Numbered from the stretch's first letter, positions 51,765 through 62,848 are shown. The stretch: 64,000 bases of DNA from an uncultured Methanoregulaceae archaeon (GCA_963841015.1 CAWJAX010000003.1:416001-480000), one strand, 5' to 3'. Notes: generated by a model from the letters alone, not told the origin. Translations and numbers: made by a program.

Positions 51765-52393
51765 TTGATGATCCCGCTCTTTGTGGATTGTTCGGACAGA
51801 CGCATTATTATATTCGGAGGAGGGGAGGTCGCATCCCGAAAAGCTGCGTATTTTTCCCGTGAGGCCGAGGTTCTGGTGATAAGCCGTTCATTCTCACACA
51901 AGATAAGCATCCTTCCGGTAAAACGCCGGATGCTGGACGCGGGAAAGGTTTCTGATGAGGAACTCAGGGAGATTGTTGACGGGGCCTTTCTGGTTGTCGG
52001 GGCATTATCAGATCCTGCCCAGAATAATCGGATTAAAAATCTCTGCGGGGCACAGGATATCCTGTTCAATAACGCGGATGGTGAAGCAGGAGATGTGATT
52101 ATTCCCTCGGTAACCAGGGGGGAAAATTACCAGATTGCGATCAGTACGGGGGGAACAGCCCGGCAGTATCCCGGTTTATACGGGAACACCTCGAATCAGA
52201 GTTCCCTGCCCTTGATGACATGATAGCATTGCAGCGTGACCTGCGGGCGCAGCTGAAACAGACTGTATCTTCCCAGTCCCGGCGGAATGCGATTCTGCGG
52301 GAAGTGTTACAGGATCGTGAGATCTGGAAAACCCTGAAAACTGATCCTGTACGGGCTTGCCAGCAGGCAAAAGAGAGGTACCTGCATGAATGA
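51765..52393 (+). CDS. sirC: Precorrin-2 dehydrogenase (SirC/CysG N-terminal type); -1 frameshift in the G6 run at 52148-52153
   Basis: MIPLF, GGGEVASRK, AISTGG; adding one base gives NSPAVSRFIRE... Confidence 0.88.
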
Positions 52394-53666
52394 ACCTGCA
52401 GCAGTTCCGATCGCGATTGCCGGTGTAAGCCATCACACGGCAAATGTTACTGCCCTCGAAACATTCCGCTTTCCAGACGAACCCGAATTCCTCAATAAAG
52501 CCGGTCAACGGTTCAAAGGGGTTCTCCTGCTCCAGACATGTAACCGTGTCGAGTTGATCGTTGAAGGAGATGCAGATGATCTCAGGGATTTCCTTACTAA
52601 ACAGGGAAGACAGGATTTCTTCATGCACAGCGGGAAAGGGGCACTTTGCCATCTCTTCAGCCTTGCATCCGGTATAGACTCGATGATTGTTGGTGAAGAC
52701 CAGATCCTCGGGCAGCTGAAAAAATCTCTTGCCGATGCACAGGAAGCCGGAACTGCAAGCAACATCCTCGAATTCTGCATCAACAAAGCAGTACACGTGG
52801 GGATCGAAGTGCGTAAACGCACCATGATCAACCGTGGGGCAGTCTCCGTGGGGTCTGCGGCGGTACTGCTTGCTGAATCCCAGATCGGGAGTCTTGAAGG
52901 CAAACATATCCTCGTCGTAGGAAGTGGAGAAATGGGGATGCTGGTCGCCCAGGCACTTGCAGCAAAGGACTTAACAGCCATGTATGTGGCAAACCGTACC
53001 TACGGCCGGGCAGTTGTCCTTGCTGACAAAATCGGGGGAAAGGCTGTGCGGCTGTCCGAACTCTACCATTATATCACGCTGTCAGATGTTGTGATCTCCT
53101 GCACATCTGCCCCCCACCCGGTCATCCATACAAAAGAGCTGGAGCTGGCGATGAAAAACCGGTGCTGGCCGGTTGAAGGACATCCCCGCCCACTGATACT
53201 GATTGATATCGCCCAGCCCCGGGATATCGAGGACGGGGCATCGACCATCGATGGTATCCGCCTTTTTTCTATCGATAACCTTCGCACGATAAATGAGCAG
53301 ACCATGAGCACACGGAAAGCAGAGGCTGAGCGGGCTCGTGAGTTCGTGGATATGGAACTCGAAGTTTTCCTCCGTCACCTCAACCGGAAATCTGCTGATG
53401 ACCTGCTCGCCGCACTGCACACATGGGCTGAAGCCGTGCGGATCCGTGAACGGGATCGGGCACTCGCCCGATTTGGTTGTCCCGACACAAAAACGGCAGA
53501 GATTGTTGATGACCTGACCCGGGTTCTTGCAAAAAAACTTCTTACCGATGCAACCTTTTCTATCCGTGAGAGTGCTGAGGAGGGAGAACTTGCAGCTGCA
53601 AAGGCACTGGTAAAAGCAATCATGCAGGGAGACAGGATCGGGATCGAACTATGCCGCAGGGAATAA
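52386..53666 (+). CDS. hemA: Glutamyl-tRNA reductase
   Basis: TCNRVE, GEDQILGQ, GSGEMG, DIAQPRDI. Confidence 0.96.
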   Translation: MNEPAAVPIAIAGVSHHTANVTALETFRFPDEPEFLNKAGQRFKGVLLLQTCNRVELIVEGDADDLRDFLTKQGRQDFFMHSGKGALCHLFSLASGIDSMIVGEDQILGQLKKSLADAQEAGTASNILEFCINKAVHVGIEVRKRTMINRGAVSVGSAAVLLAESQIGSLEGKHILVVGSGEMGMLVAQALAAKDLTAMYVANRTYGRAVVLADKIGGKAVRLSELYHYITLSDVVISCTSAPHPVIHTKELELAMKNRCWPVEGHPRPLILIDIAQPRDIEDGASTIDGIRLFSIDNLRTINEQTMSTRKAEAERAREFVDMELEVFLRHLNRKSADDLLAALHTWAEAVRIRERDRALARFGCPDTKTAEIVDDLTRVLAKKLLTDATFSIRESAEEGELAAAKALVKAIMQGDRIGIELCRRE

Positions 53667-53862
53667 TCAGCTTCCGCGTTTTCTCATCTTAAAATCCGGT
53701 ATGACGGGATAGTCCCATCATCAGAAAAACTCTTCACCTGATACGGAATGCTTCGCGATGAGTGACTATTTTTGACCCGGTGCAGACCGGATCCTCATCA
53801 AAAAAGACGGGTACTAATCCCTTACACAACTCGGGAGTGAAGGGAATATACTGCATATTGTG

Positions 53863-54504
53863 TCAGGGAATCTTAGCATACGCTTTTTGTGCAAGGCTGG
53901 CAAGAGTTGCATAGTCAGCCCCTTCACCGGTCATACGGAGCACCTCAAGGATGTCACCTTTCGAAAAGATAATCTCGACAAAGTCCTGCTGAACCGTTCC
54001 CTCACCCGAACCGGGACCCGGCAGATTCCCGGAGACGGGTTCCGGAATTATGATGGTGTGTGCAGTTCCTGAGAAAGCCTGGCTGTAGCTGCCGAGAGCC
54101 GGGGAAGAAAGGTTAGAAAATATCATAGTATTGTCGGATCGTTCCTGTTTTTCTGCAAGTGCAGCTATGGCGGGAATATTTTTTGCAGGATAACGGGTGA
54201 CAGTCTGAAGAATCTCAATCTGGCCGGAAATTCCCTCAGGGGGACGGGTAAAACGCACGACATATCCCTGCTGCCAGCCGAGATCCCGTGCGAGCTTACT
54301 TACTTCAGGGGAGTTTTTCACCCTGCTCTCGCGAAGGGTAAAATTTTGTGGGATCTCTGAAGGGGTCAGGACCAGCGATTCAAGGGTTATCTGTTCAGGA
54401 GTTGATGGGGCGGGGGCCGCTGTCCCGGCAAGCCCCGTACATCCCGTTGCAAGAACGAGTGAACAGACAAGAATTGCAATGATCAAACCCCGGGAACTGC
54501 TCAT
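53863..54504 (-). CDS. Predicted lipoprotein
   Basis: ATGC lipobox; A..AYAKI C-terminus. Confidence 0.75.
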   Translation of the reverse strand: MSSSRGLIIAILVCSLVLATGCTGLAGTAAPAPSTPEQITLESLVLTPSEIPQNFTLRESRVKNSPEVSKLARDLGWQQGYVVRFTRPPEGISGQIEILQTVTRYPAKNIPAIAALAEKQERSDNTMIFSNLSSPALGSYSQAFSGTAHTIIIPEPVSGNLPGPGSGEGTVQQDFVEIIFSKGDILEVLRMTGEGADYATLASLAQKAYAKIP

Positions 54505-54601
54505 TTGTTATGATCATTTAGGTTACTACAAAAATATGTCCATTTTGTTTCCTGCAGTTTGTTGCTCCGATTATCTCCGCATTAAGAACAGACTATTTCT
54601 G

Positions 54602-54932
54602 TGTTCTGGAGAAATGAGCATAAACTGATCGGGTTCACACACAAACCATGAAAATCGTAATGTATATGTTGGAACCCCGCTTCAGGGCCTCTTTAGAGGC
54701 ACGGCGGGCAGGGGTTTTTTTTGAATTGTTTGTTCCAGATCCACCGCGGGGGCGACCCTTCGGGGGCGGTGGCGATCATCGTACATGGAGGTGTGTTAAA
54801 AAAAACTCGTATCATAACTGAATAGTTCGATTTTCATGGGAAATGCTCAATTACATGCTAAACGCTCAAGGGGGTTTCACCCCCGCCGCTTGTTTGCCTG
54901 AGTCCGTGACTAATGTGCGTTTCTACAGAGCC
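54602..54932 (+). mobile_element. MITE-like repeat copy 10 (module B + truncated A + short tail)
   Basis: ttctggagaaa...ttctacagagcc; perfect 8-bp direct repeat tatttctg at 54594-54601 and 54933-54940. Confidence 0.95.
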
Positions 54933-55186
54933 TATTTCTGTTCCTGCTCTGAGCCCCTGATGCAATAGTATGCTTTTTTGAGTCCCAGGACTGGTTTGAG
55001 CGGACAAGCCGGGCAGACGCATCCCTTTTTATCAAAGGTGCAGGTCGGGCTTTTTCCCGTTACACAGAATAAGAGTTCATCTCCAGCCCGCATGCACTCA
55101 TTATATGTCGGGCACGGTTCACAGATACACCTGGCCCGGTTCTGTTCATTGTTGTTGATGTCGTTTTGCATATTTTTTAGCTCCAT
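54932..55186 (-). CDS. Cys-rich DUF2769-like protein
   Basis: CxCxxCPTY..C...LFC..GKS.C.....CxCxxC...YYC. Confidence 0.85.
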   Translation of the reverse strand: MELKNMQNDINNNEQNRARCICEPCPTYNECMRAGDELLFCVTGKSPTCTFDKKGCVCPACPLKPVLGLKKAYYCIRGSEQEQK

Positions 55187-55279
55187 GCTCCGGCATTCAC
55201 TCCCCCAGGATTAAGGATGCGCAGTTCCGGAGAGTTAGATCAATAAGTAGATTATCGCGGGCTCCTTGATAATTAAATC

Positions 55280-56014
55280 ATGCCTGCACCACTGGTTGGA
55301 CGAAAATTTGGTGTCACGGTCATCCCACCGCTGGACCCCGAAAAACGAAAGGGAATCCGCGTGCTCGGGCTCTCGGGTTCGAGCCGGCAGCAACCCGGGA
55401 TGAGTAAATCCGAGCGTCTCCTCCTCCGAGCGCTCGAGGTGTACAAAGAATATGGTTGCAAGACCACGTTTCTCAGGTTAAAAGATCTCAACATCCACGA
55501 TTGCGAGGGCAACTATTCTGAAAATCCTGCTTACTGTACGTATCCATGCCAAAGCTCGCTGAAGTACGAAGATGACCAGATGCAACTGGTGTATGACGCA
55601 GTACTCGCGTGCGACATCCTGATCCTCGCAACCCCAATCCGCTGGAATAACCACTCCGCGATAGTCCAGAAATTTGTGGAGCGGATGAATGCCATTGAGA
55701 ACCAGTACTCATGGTTCGGGAACCGGATGATCGATAATAAAGTCGCCGCCATGATCATTGTGGGCCATGTTGACGGTGTGCAGCATGTGGCAGGTAATCT
55801 CATGAATTTTTTTTCGTGGCTCGGGTTTCACACCCCGGAGGTTGCTATTGCATCCTGGGTCGGCGAGAATGATGAGGATACCACCAAAGACTGGGATCAG
55901 ATCGAGAGTAACCGGTACACAAAAGAGGACCTCAGCAACCTGATCACAAGCGCGTTGAGGCTTGCGTATGCACTCAAGCACCATACCGCAGAAGAAACCG
56001 GAGGAAGTGTCTAA
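55280..56014 (+). CDS. Flavodoxin-like / NADPH-dependent FMN reductase family protein
   Basis: GLSGSSR, CEG...C..PC, DDQM, ATPIRW. Confidence 0.85.
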   Translation: MPAPLVGRKFGVTVIPPLDPEKRKGIRVLGLSGSSRQQPGMSKSERLLLRALEVYKEYGCKTTFLRLKDLNIHDCEGNYSENPAYCTYPCQSSLKYEDDQMQLVYDAVLACDILILATPIRWNNHSAIVQKFVERMNAIENQYSWFGNRMIDNKVAAMIIVGHVDGVQHVAGNLMNFFSWLGFHTPEVAIASWVGENDEDTTKDWDQIESNRYTKEDLSNLITSALRLAYALKHHTAEETGGSV

Positions 56015-56166
56015 AAAAGCAGCCGGTTTTCGTTACTCGTTGTATCACAAAAACAATTGTCGCCACATTTTCGATGAAGAATTTTTCCCTCTAAGAAAAA
56101 CATGATTGAGAGATTTCCCAAAAAAAAAATATTTTTGATAACGTGTATCTGTTTGGAGTAAATGCC

Positions 56167-56430
56167 ATGGAATGTAAAAAATGCGGGGCGTGTTGCCGGG
56201 TGATAGTACTCCAGCACAGCAACCCCACAAAAAAAAGTTTGGAGTATTACCGGGCAAGGGGTTGGACATTTGATCCTGTCAATGAACTGGTCTGGATTCC
56301 TTCTGTATGCCCGCATCTTCTTGAGAACAACACCTGCAATATTTATGAAAACAGGCCTAAACAATGCAGGCTCTATCCCACCAGGACACCAGGATTAGTA
56401 GTTCCGCCCGGTTGTGCATTTGAAAAATAA
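56167..56430 (+). CDS. YkgJ family cysteine-cluster protein
   Basis: CKKCGACC...CPHL...CNIYENRPKQCRLYP. Confidence 0.88.
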   Translation: MECKKCGACCRVIVLQHSNPTKKSLEYYRARGWTFDPVNELVWIPSVCPHLLENNTCNIYENRPKQCRLYPTRTPGLVVPPGCAFEK

Positions 56431-56617
56431 ATTCCTTTTTTTTATTTTAATCCACTTTTTTATCCAGGTTCCAAGGGTGAACTCTCTTCGGTTATCAGAA
56501 TCCAACCGGGGAATTCAGGCATTTATATTCGCTTTTTTTTAAAAAATGCCTTGCACCGGTGCCTTGCCAGACTTTATTATTTCATCTGAAGAGGTAACCG
56601 GTTGAGGATTTTTAAAA

Positions 56618-56842
56618 ATGGTAACATCAGTACCCAAACCTGGCAGGGTGCTCGCAAAATGCCTGAACTGCGGGGTTATCTTCAGCGTCAGTAAACCTGA
56701 ATACCGTATGCGGACACAGAACAGCGAACAACCAGGTCTCTTCCATATACGTAAGTGCATGGATGAGTACCGGGAAAACCATAAAACGGCAAATGCGATG
56801 AAACAGCGAATACTGGAACTCAACAAACGAGGGAAACAATAA
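56618..56842 (+). CDS. Small putative zinc-binding protein
   Basis: CxxC and HxxC; GAGG RBS. Confidence 0.55.
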   Translation: MVTSVPKPGRVLAKCLNCGVIFSVSKPEYRMRTQNSEQPGLFHIRKCMDEYRENHKTANAMKQRILELNKRGKQ

Positions 56843-57008
56843 TCGTGTTTTTTTGACGTGTGCCTCAAACACCAGAGATGAAAAAAAGGGTATAGTGCCA
56901 TTTTAACTACCAACTCGTAAAGGAAATAACGAGAGAAAAAACAATCAGAAAAGTGTTCTAAAAATTCAGGATGAAAAAGTGTTCCTGTTCAAAGGACCAA
57001 AAACGCAG

Positions 57009-57056
57009 ACGCTCAAAGGGGCTTCGCCCCGCCACTATGGTGCCCCGGTTGTGATG
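57009..57056 (+). repeat. Fragment of MITE module A (copy 11)
   Basis: acgctcaaaggggcttcgccccgccactatggtgccccggttgtgat vs acgctcaaaggggtttcactcccaccgctgtggctcccccgatgcgat in copy 9. Confidence 0.65.
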
Positions 57057-57181
57057 GCGTTATATACCCCATGATCAGGTATACCGGTAATACAGATGAA
57101 TCGCCAATGTGTTTGTCGTGGTGAGAACGGGCATACACATTAATCCGGAGGCATCGGATTGCACATCGGGTCAGAGGAATA

Positions 57182-57637
57182 TCAGGATCTGACCACCATC
57201 GTCGTAACTTTGCCATGGGTAACCACATATGAACTGACACTCCCACTCAGCAGACGATCAATACTGCCCTTCCCATGAGAACCAATAACGATGAGATCTG
57301 ATTTTTCCTGTTCTGCAAGAGAAATAATCTCGCTTCCTGCATCTCCATATTTCATGTGAGGAATAAGAGTAATTCCTTTTTCGGCACAGTATTTTTTTGC
57401 TTTTTCAAGGACCTCTGCTCCCTCTGATTCTTCCGCTTTTTCTATAACCCGATTCATTTCAAAGGTAGTATCCATCCCGTAGGTCTGGTCAATGGGAAGT
57501 GAATTAAACTGGGGTGTCTCGGCTGTATATATGGCCTGAATCTTTGCATTCCATATTCTGGCCTGATCAACGGCCTGGACAAGCGCGATATCGCTTATTT
57601 TTGTTCCATCAAGTGCGACAAGTATGTTGGTAAACAC
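57182..57637 (-). CDS. Universal stress protein
   Basis: ILVALDG, DLIVIGSHG, GSVS; GTG start. Confidence 0.92.
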   Translation of the reverse strand: MFTNILVALDGTKISDIALVQAVDQARIWNAKIQAIYTAETPQFNSLPIDQTYGMDTTFEMNRVIEKAEESEGAEVLEKAKKYCAEKGITLIPHMKYGDAGSEIISLAEQEKSDLIVIGSHGKGSIDRLLSGSVSSYVVTHGKVTTMVVRS

Positions 57638-58095
57638 TGGCTACCCCTCCGGACTACCATGATTTTTTTATTGGATTAACACATTAAAAACCGTTATAAC
57701 AAATTAAGGTGTCGGAAATTCGTTTTACCAGCGGGACTATTCGATCCTTGCTGACGTATGAAGGTGTCCCTGCAATCAGTCGGATATGATGCATCAAAAG
57801 GAACTGTTCCAATTTTTTAAGGACAATTGTGTTCTTCCACATTTCATTCCCTATATTTCCTGATACATCATGTCACGGTTCAATGGGCGTTTTGCAGAGT
57901 AAGCTACGCTTGCACTATGATGCAAAAAACACGTGCTTTTAATACTTCCAAAAAAGATATTGGTTGACATTCTGTCGCATTTTGAGGAGAATAAGGTTAT
58001 TTGATAACACCGTTGACCAGGTGGGAAAATAGCCATAAATACAATGGATTTAAGAAAAAGGTACACAATCATACCCCAGGAGATGGAATCAGAAC

Positions 58096-59079
58096 ATGTT
58101 TCCCCAGCGAAGGATGAGGCGGTCGAGATCACGTACTATCCAGCCGCTCCTGTGTGAAATTACTTTATCGAAAAACGATCTCATCGCCCCGCTCTTTGTC
58201 GATGAGACTATCACTACTCCGCTTCCTATTCAATCGATGCCCGGCCAGTTCCGCTACCCTTTGAGCGGTATTGCCGATGTAGCAGCAGAGTTGTGGAAAC
58301 GCGGGATTCGGGCAATCCTGATCTTCGGTATTCCGAAGGATAAAGATCCTTTGGGTTGTTCGGCTTATCATGTGGAGGGAGTTGTACAGCAGGCCGTCTC
58401 CCTGGTAAAAGCGAACGTTAAAGGGATGGTCGTCATCACCGATGTCTGCGCCTGTGAGTATACCGACCATGGTCACTGCGGGATTGTCGGGGATACGCGG
58501 TGCGGCCCGGATCTTCTCAATGATCCATCACTTGAACTGATGAATAAAATCGCAATAAGCCATGCAGAGAGTGGTGCTGATATCGTTGCACCGTCGTGCA
58601 TGCTCGATGGCATGGTCGGTTCCATCCGGGCTGCGCTGGATGATGCCGGCTTTGAAGATGTCCTGATCATGTCCTACTCGACAAAGTTCGCCTCTGCCCT
58701 CTATGGGCCATTCCGTGAAGCTGCAGATTCAGGGTTCTTGTTCGGTGACCGCACCACATACCAGATCCACCCCGGCAACAGCAGGGAGGCAATTTTAGAA
58801 TCGCAGATGGATGCTGATGAAGGAGCCGACCTCCTGATGGTGAAGCCGGCAGGGCTCTACCTCGATATTCTTGCTGGGATCGCAACGCTTGGTCTCCCGG
58901 TCGCCGCTTATCAGGTAAGTGGTGAATATGCCATGATCAAGTGTGCAGCGGAGCGCGGCTGGATCCGGGAAAAGGAGACTGTGCTGGAGAGCCTGATATC
59001 CATCAAACGTGCCGGGGCTTCACTGATCATCACCTATTTTGCAGGCGATGTCGCCGGGTGGCTGGATGAAAAGCAGTGA
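58096..59079 (+). CDS. hemB: Porphobilinogen synthase
   Basis: [32 protein letters not shown]. Confidence 0.97.
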   Translation: MFPQRRMRRSRSRTIQPLLCEITLSKNDLIAPLFVDETITTPLPIQSMPGQFRYPLSGIADVAAELWKRGIRAILIFGIPKDKDPLGCSAYHVEGVVQQAVSLVKANVKGMVVITDVCACEYTDHGHCGIVGDTRCGPDLLNDPSLELMNKIAISHAESGADIVAPSCMLDGMVGSIRAALDDAGFEDVLIMSYSTKFASALYGPFREAADSGFLFGDRTTYQIHPGNSREAILESQMDADEGADLLMVKPAGLYLDILAGIATLGLPVAAYQVSGEYAMIKCAAERGWIREKETVLESLISIKRAGASLIITYFAGDVAGWLDEKQ

Positions 59080-60313
59080 CTTGTTTTCTATGGCCAAAAA
59101 CCTGATGCCCGGCGGTGTCAGCAGTCCCGTGCGGGCAATTAAGCCATACCCGTTTTACACTGAGCATGCAACCGGGTCACACATAATGACGGTTGACGGT
59201 ACCGACCTTATTGACTGCTGCATGGCATACGGTCCGCTTATCCTCGGGCATGCCCATCCTCACATAAGAAAAGCGATCGAAGCGCAGCTGAAGAACGGCT
59301 GGCTGTTCGGAACTCCCGCACCGCAGGAACCGGCTTTTGCAAAAATTATTACGGGTGATCATAAGGGCATGGATATGGTACGGTTCGTATCGAGCGGTTC
59401 TGAAGCAACAATGGCAGTGATCCGGCTTGCACGAGGTTTTACCGGAAAAAAAGATATTGTAAAGATCGAGGGGGGGTTCCATGGGGCTCATGATGCAGTG
59501 CTGGTCAAAGCCGGATCGGGCGCAACAACCATGGGTGTACCGGATTCTGCCGGTGTGCTTGCAGATCTGGTAGCCCATACACGGCAGGTGCCCTACAATG
59601 ATCCTGAAGCGCTGGAATCACTTCTTACGGCGCACCCGGATGTTGCAGCACTCATCATTGAACCGGTTCTTGGCAACATCGGACCAATAATACCTGAGGA
59701 CAACTACTTACAGGATATACGGGAGATCACCCGGGCACACGAAGTTCTCCTGATTTTTGATGAAGTAATCACCGGTTACCGGCTCGGTATTGGCGGAGCA
59801 CAGGAGATGTATGGCGTAAAGCCGGATCTCACCACGCTGGGAAAAATTATTGGCGGGGGACTTCCGATCGGCGCATTCGGGGGAAGGCGTGAGATCATGG
59901 AAATGGTTGCTCCGCAGGGTCCGGTCTACCAGGCCGGCACCTTTTCGGGAAATCCGCTTTCGCTCACAGCTGGCCTCGCCACCCTGCAATGGCTGCATGA
60001 CCATCACACTATCTATGACGATCTCGATGAAAAGACCCGGGCACTGGAAGAGTCTCTTGGAGGTACAACAGGGGGTTCATTTGTCCGCCTCGGTTCAATG
60101 TTCAAATGGTTCTTCCGCAATGAGCCGCCGAAAAACTACCGCGAGGTAAAAGAGTGTGACACTGCATCATTTGGCCGGTTCTGGAAGAGGATGCTGGATG
60201 CCGGTGTCTTCCTTCCCCCTTCCCAGTTTGAGACGAATTTCCTCTCATCAGCGCACAGCGATCAGGATCTTACCACTCTTTCACGGGCGTATACTCAATG
60301 GTTATCAGAATAG
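59066..60313 (+). CDS. hemL: Glutamate-1-semialdehyde 2,1-aminomutase
   Basis: [33 protein letters not shown]. Confidence 0.97.
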   Translation: MKSSDLFSMAKNLMPGGVSSPVRAIKPYPFYTEHATGSHIMTVDGTDLIDCCMAYGPLILGHAHPHIRKAIEAQLKNGWLFGTPAPQEPAFAKIITGDHKGMDMVRFVSSGSEATMAVIRLARGFTGKKDIVKIEGGFHGAHDAVLVKAGSGATTMGVPDSAGVLADLVAHTRQVPYNDPEALESLLTAHPDVAALIIEPVLGNIGPIIPEDNYLQDIREITRAHEVLLIFDEVITGYRLGIGGAQEMYGVKPDLTTLGKIIGGGLPIGAFGGRREIMEMVAPQGPVYQAGTFSGNPLSLTAGLATLQWLHDHHTIYDDLDEKTRALEESLGGTTGGSFVRLGSMFKWFFRNEPPKNYREVKECDTASFGRFWKRMLDAGVFLPPSQFETNFLSSAHSDQDLTTLSRAYTQWLSE

Positions 60314-61188
60314 GAACCCGGGGGAGTAAGCTGGCACTCGCCCAGACTGCGACGGTCTGCAAAAAATTATCCGCGCTCGGCATACGCAGCGAGCAGGTAA
60401 TTATTGCCACCCAGGGAGATACCTCAACGGGCGTTCCGCTTCACGAGATAGGGGGGCAGGGGGTCTTTGTACGGGCTCTTGATGACGCGATCCTTGCAGG
60501 GGACATTGATTGTGCTGTGCACAGTATGAAAGACATTCCCGCGTTCCGCCCGAGCGGGCTTGTTACTGCAGCCGTACTCAAACGTGATTCAGCAGCTGAC
60601 TATTTTGCCTACAACGGTTCCCTGGATGCGGTAAAAGTGATCGGGACCTCCAGCACCCGCAGGCGTGCCCAGCTGCTTCGCCACGATCCTGACATTTCCA
60701 TACAAGATCTCAGGGGTAATGTCGATACCCGGATCCGGAAGTTGACTGCCGGAGAATTCGATGCCATTGTCCTGGCAGAAGCCGGACTGGCCCGGCTTGG
60801 TATCCGTATCCCGGGCGAGCGCTTCCCCCCGGAAAAATTTGTCCCGGCACCCAACCAGGGCACGATAGCTGTTGTCAGCCGGGCAGATCCTTCCCTGAGG
60901 GAAGGCCTCTCTACCATTGACCATGCAGAGACCCGAACAGATGTGGCAATTGAACGGGCAGTGATGGAACAGCTTGGTGGGGGGTGTTTCACACCTCTGG
61001 GCATCTACTGCCACGAAGGGCACCTGATCGCAGAAGTTCTCTCGCTTGACGGAACACGCACCGAGAGAATCGAATCCGACGTGCAGAGTATTGAACAGGC
61101 TCGTGAACAGGGAAGGCAACTTCATGTCCGGGCAAAGGAGCTGATTGATGATGCATATCAAAAACTGGGGATAAGGCATGATCGGTAA
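60298..61188 (+). CDS. hemC: Hydroxymethylbilane synthase
   Basis: [29 protein letters not shown]. Confidence 0.97.
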   Translation: MVIRIGTRGSKLALAQTATVCKKLSALGIRSEQVIIATQGDTSTGVPLHEIGGQGVFVRALDDAILAGDIDCAVHSMKDIPAFRPSGLVTAAVLKRDSAADYFAYNGSLDAVKVIGTSSTRRRAQLLRHDPDISIQDLRGNVDTRIRKLTAGEFDAIVLAEAGLARLGIRIPGERFPPEKFVPAPNQGTIAVVSRADPSLREGLSTIDHAETRTDVAIERAVMEQLGGGCFTPLGIYCHEGHLIAEVLSLDGTRTERIESDVQSIEQAREQGRQLHVRAKELIDDAYQKLGIRHDR

Positions 61189-61945
61189 AGTATACCTGGT
61201 TGGATCCGGTCCCGGAGGAGAAGGACTGCTAACCCTGCGGGCACGACGAGTAATTGATGCCGCTGATGTCGTTTTATTTGACCAGTTGCCCGGGGAGGAG
61301 ATCCTTGCATCGTTACCCCCGGGAGCCGAAAAGATTGACTGCGGCAAATACGGGGGGAAACACACCCTCGAGCAGGACGAGATCGAAGCCCTGATTGTTG
61401 ACCGGGCGAAGCAGGGCAGGAACGTGGTCAGGCTCAAAGGTGGCGATCCCTTCCTGTTCGGCAGAGGTGGAGAGGAACTGGAAGCTGTCCGCAGCGCCGG
61501 TATACCTGTTGAGATGGTACCGGGAGTGAGCAGTGCGCTGGCTGTTCCGGCATCCGTAGGAATTCCCCTCACCCACCGCAAATATGCCTCACAGGTTACT
61601 ATCCTCACCGGCAATGAAGACCCGACCAAGCCCGAGCCGGCACTGGACTGGCAGCTGCTTGCCCGGAGCAGGGGCACCATTGTGATCCTGATGGGTGTGG
61701 CTAACCTTGGCAAGATTGCCGAAGTACTTATCAGGAATGGCAAAGCAGGCAGTACCATGGTTGCCATCATTGAACGGGGACTGCGCAAAGACCGGCGGGT
61801 GACTACCGGGTCACTTGCAACCATTGCTGAAGTTGCCAAAAAAAAGGGTATTCAACCTCCTGCGGTAATCGTGATCGGCGATGTAGTAAAGTTATATAAT
61901 CCGGATAATCCTGACCTGATACCTGTTGAGGGAAAATTGCTATGA
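61178..61945 (+). CDS. cobA: Uroporphyrinogen-III C-methyltransferase
   Basis: LVGSGPG, RLKGGDPFLFGRGGEE, GIPLTHR. Confidence 0.96.
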   Translation: MIGKVYLVGSGPGGEGLLTLRARRVIDAADVVLFDQLPGEEILASLPPGAEKIDCGKYGGKHTLEQDEIEALIVDRAKQGRNVVRLKGGDPFLFGRGGEELEAVRSAGIPVEMVPGVSSALAVPASVGIPLTHRKYASQVTILTGNEDPTKPEPALDWQLLARSRGTIVILMGVANLGKIAEVLIRNGKAGSTMVAIIERGLRKDRRVTTGSLATIAEVAKKKGIQPPAVIVIGDVVKLYNPDNPDLIPVEGKLL

Positions 61946-62385
61946 TTGAGATTGTCAACAAATTCGAAAAAGGGATCTACGCGGTGCTCATGGTGCTGCT
62001 TATGGTGGTAATTGTTATATCCGTGATCGATCTGGCATTGATCCTGTATAAGTCCTGGGGAGCTACCCGGCTTTACATGCTGGAAACTTCGGTAATCATC
62101 ACCATACTGGGCGCTTTCCTGCTGGTGTTAATCTGTATCGAACTGCTGGATACCATCAAGGCGTACTTCTACGAAAACACCATCCATGTGGAGATTGTGA
62201 TTCTCCTTGCCATCATCGCAATATCCCGGAAGGTGATCCTGCTTGATCCTACCGGTATGAGCGGCATCGAATTCGGGGTTGAAATGATGGGGATCGGGGT
62301 GATTGTGATCTGTCTCGCGGCGGGGTATTATTTCCTGAAGAAGGCGGGGATCTCGACACGATCGGTTAAACCTGAAGAGAAATAA
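61942..62385 (+). CDS. PsiE-like membrane protein
   Basis: Four TM; ELLDTIKAY and AIIAISRKVI motifs. Confidence 0.82.
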   Translation: MIEIVNKFEKGIYAVLMVLLMVVIVISVIDLALILYKSWGATRLYMLETSVIITILGAFLLVLICIELLDTIKAYFYENTIHVEIVILLAIIAISRKVILLDPTGMSGIEFGVEMMGIGVIVICLAAGYYFLKKAGISTRSVKPEEK

Positions 62386-62417
62386 CCGTGTTGACGGCAA
62401 AGATCTATTAATTTTTT

Positions 62418-62848
62418 GGCTCCGTAGAATTCCTGTTCTATCGATATGAAATTCAAGATGCTGGTACTATGACAGAGGGGACAGTGCCTCTTCCCCCATA
62501 CCGACCCTGCACTGAGCGATGATGACGTTGCATCTGTTCGGAATTTATCGCATCGGGGGAGCCACAGCGCAGGGGTGAAACCGCCTTGAGCGTATGCTTG
62601 CAATTGAGCATTTCCCATGGAAATTGAACTATTCAGGTAGGATGCGAGATTTTTTTCACACCCCTTCATGTACGACGATCACCTCCGCCGAAGGGTTGCC
62701 CCCAGCAGCGGATCAGGAACAAACAATTCAAAAAAACCCCTGCCCGCCGTGCCTCAGAGAGACCATGAGGAGGGGTTCCATCGTATACAGTACGATTTTC
62801 ATGGTTCGGGTGTAACCCCCAGAAATTCATGTCTGTTTCTCCAGAGTC
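62418..62848 (-). mobile_element. MITE-like repeat copy 12 (module B + module A)
   Basis: ggctccgtagaa...tttctccagagtc; flanks aatttttt and attttttt (7/8); junction at 62611-62622. Confidence 0.92.

Noticed and set aside
60589-61839. Long minus-strand ORF of 416 aa
   Set aside because: Antisense shadow of hemC and cobA.
793-62848. CRISPR array or integron attC interpretation of the repeats
   Set aside because: Copies are dispersed, 200-500 bp, in both orientations, with no regular spacers and no cas or integrase gene in the window.
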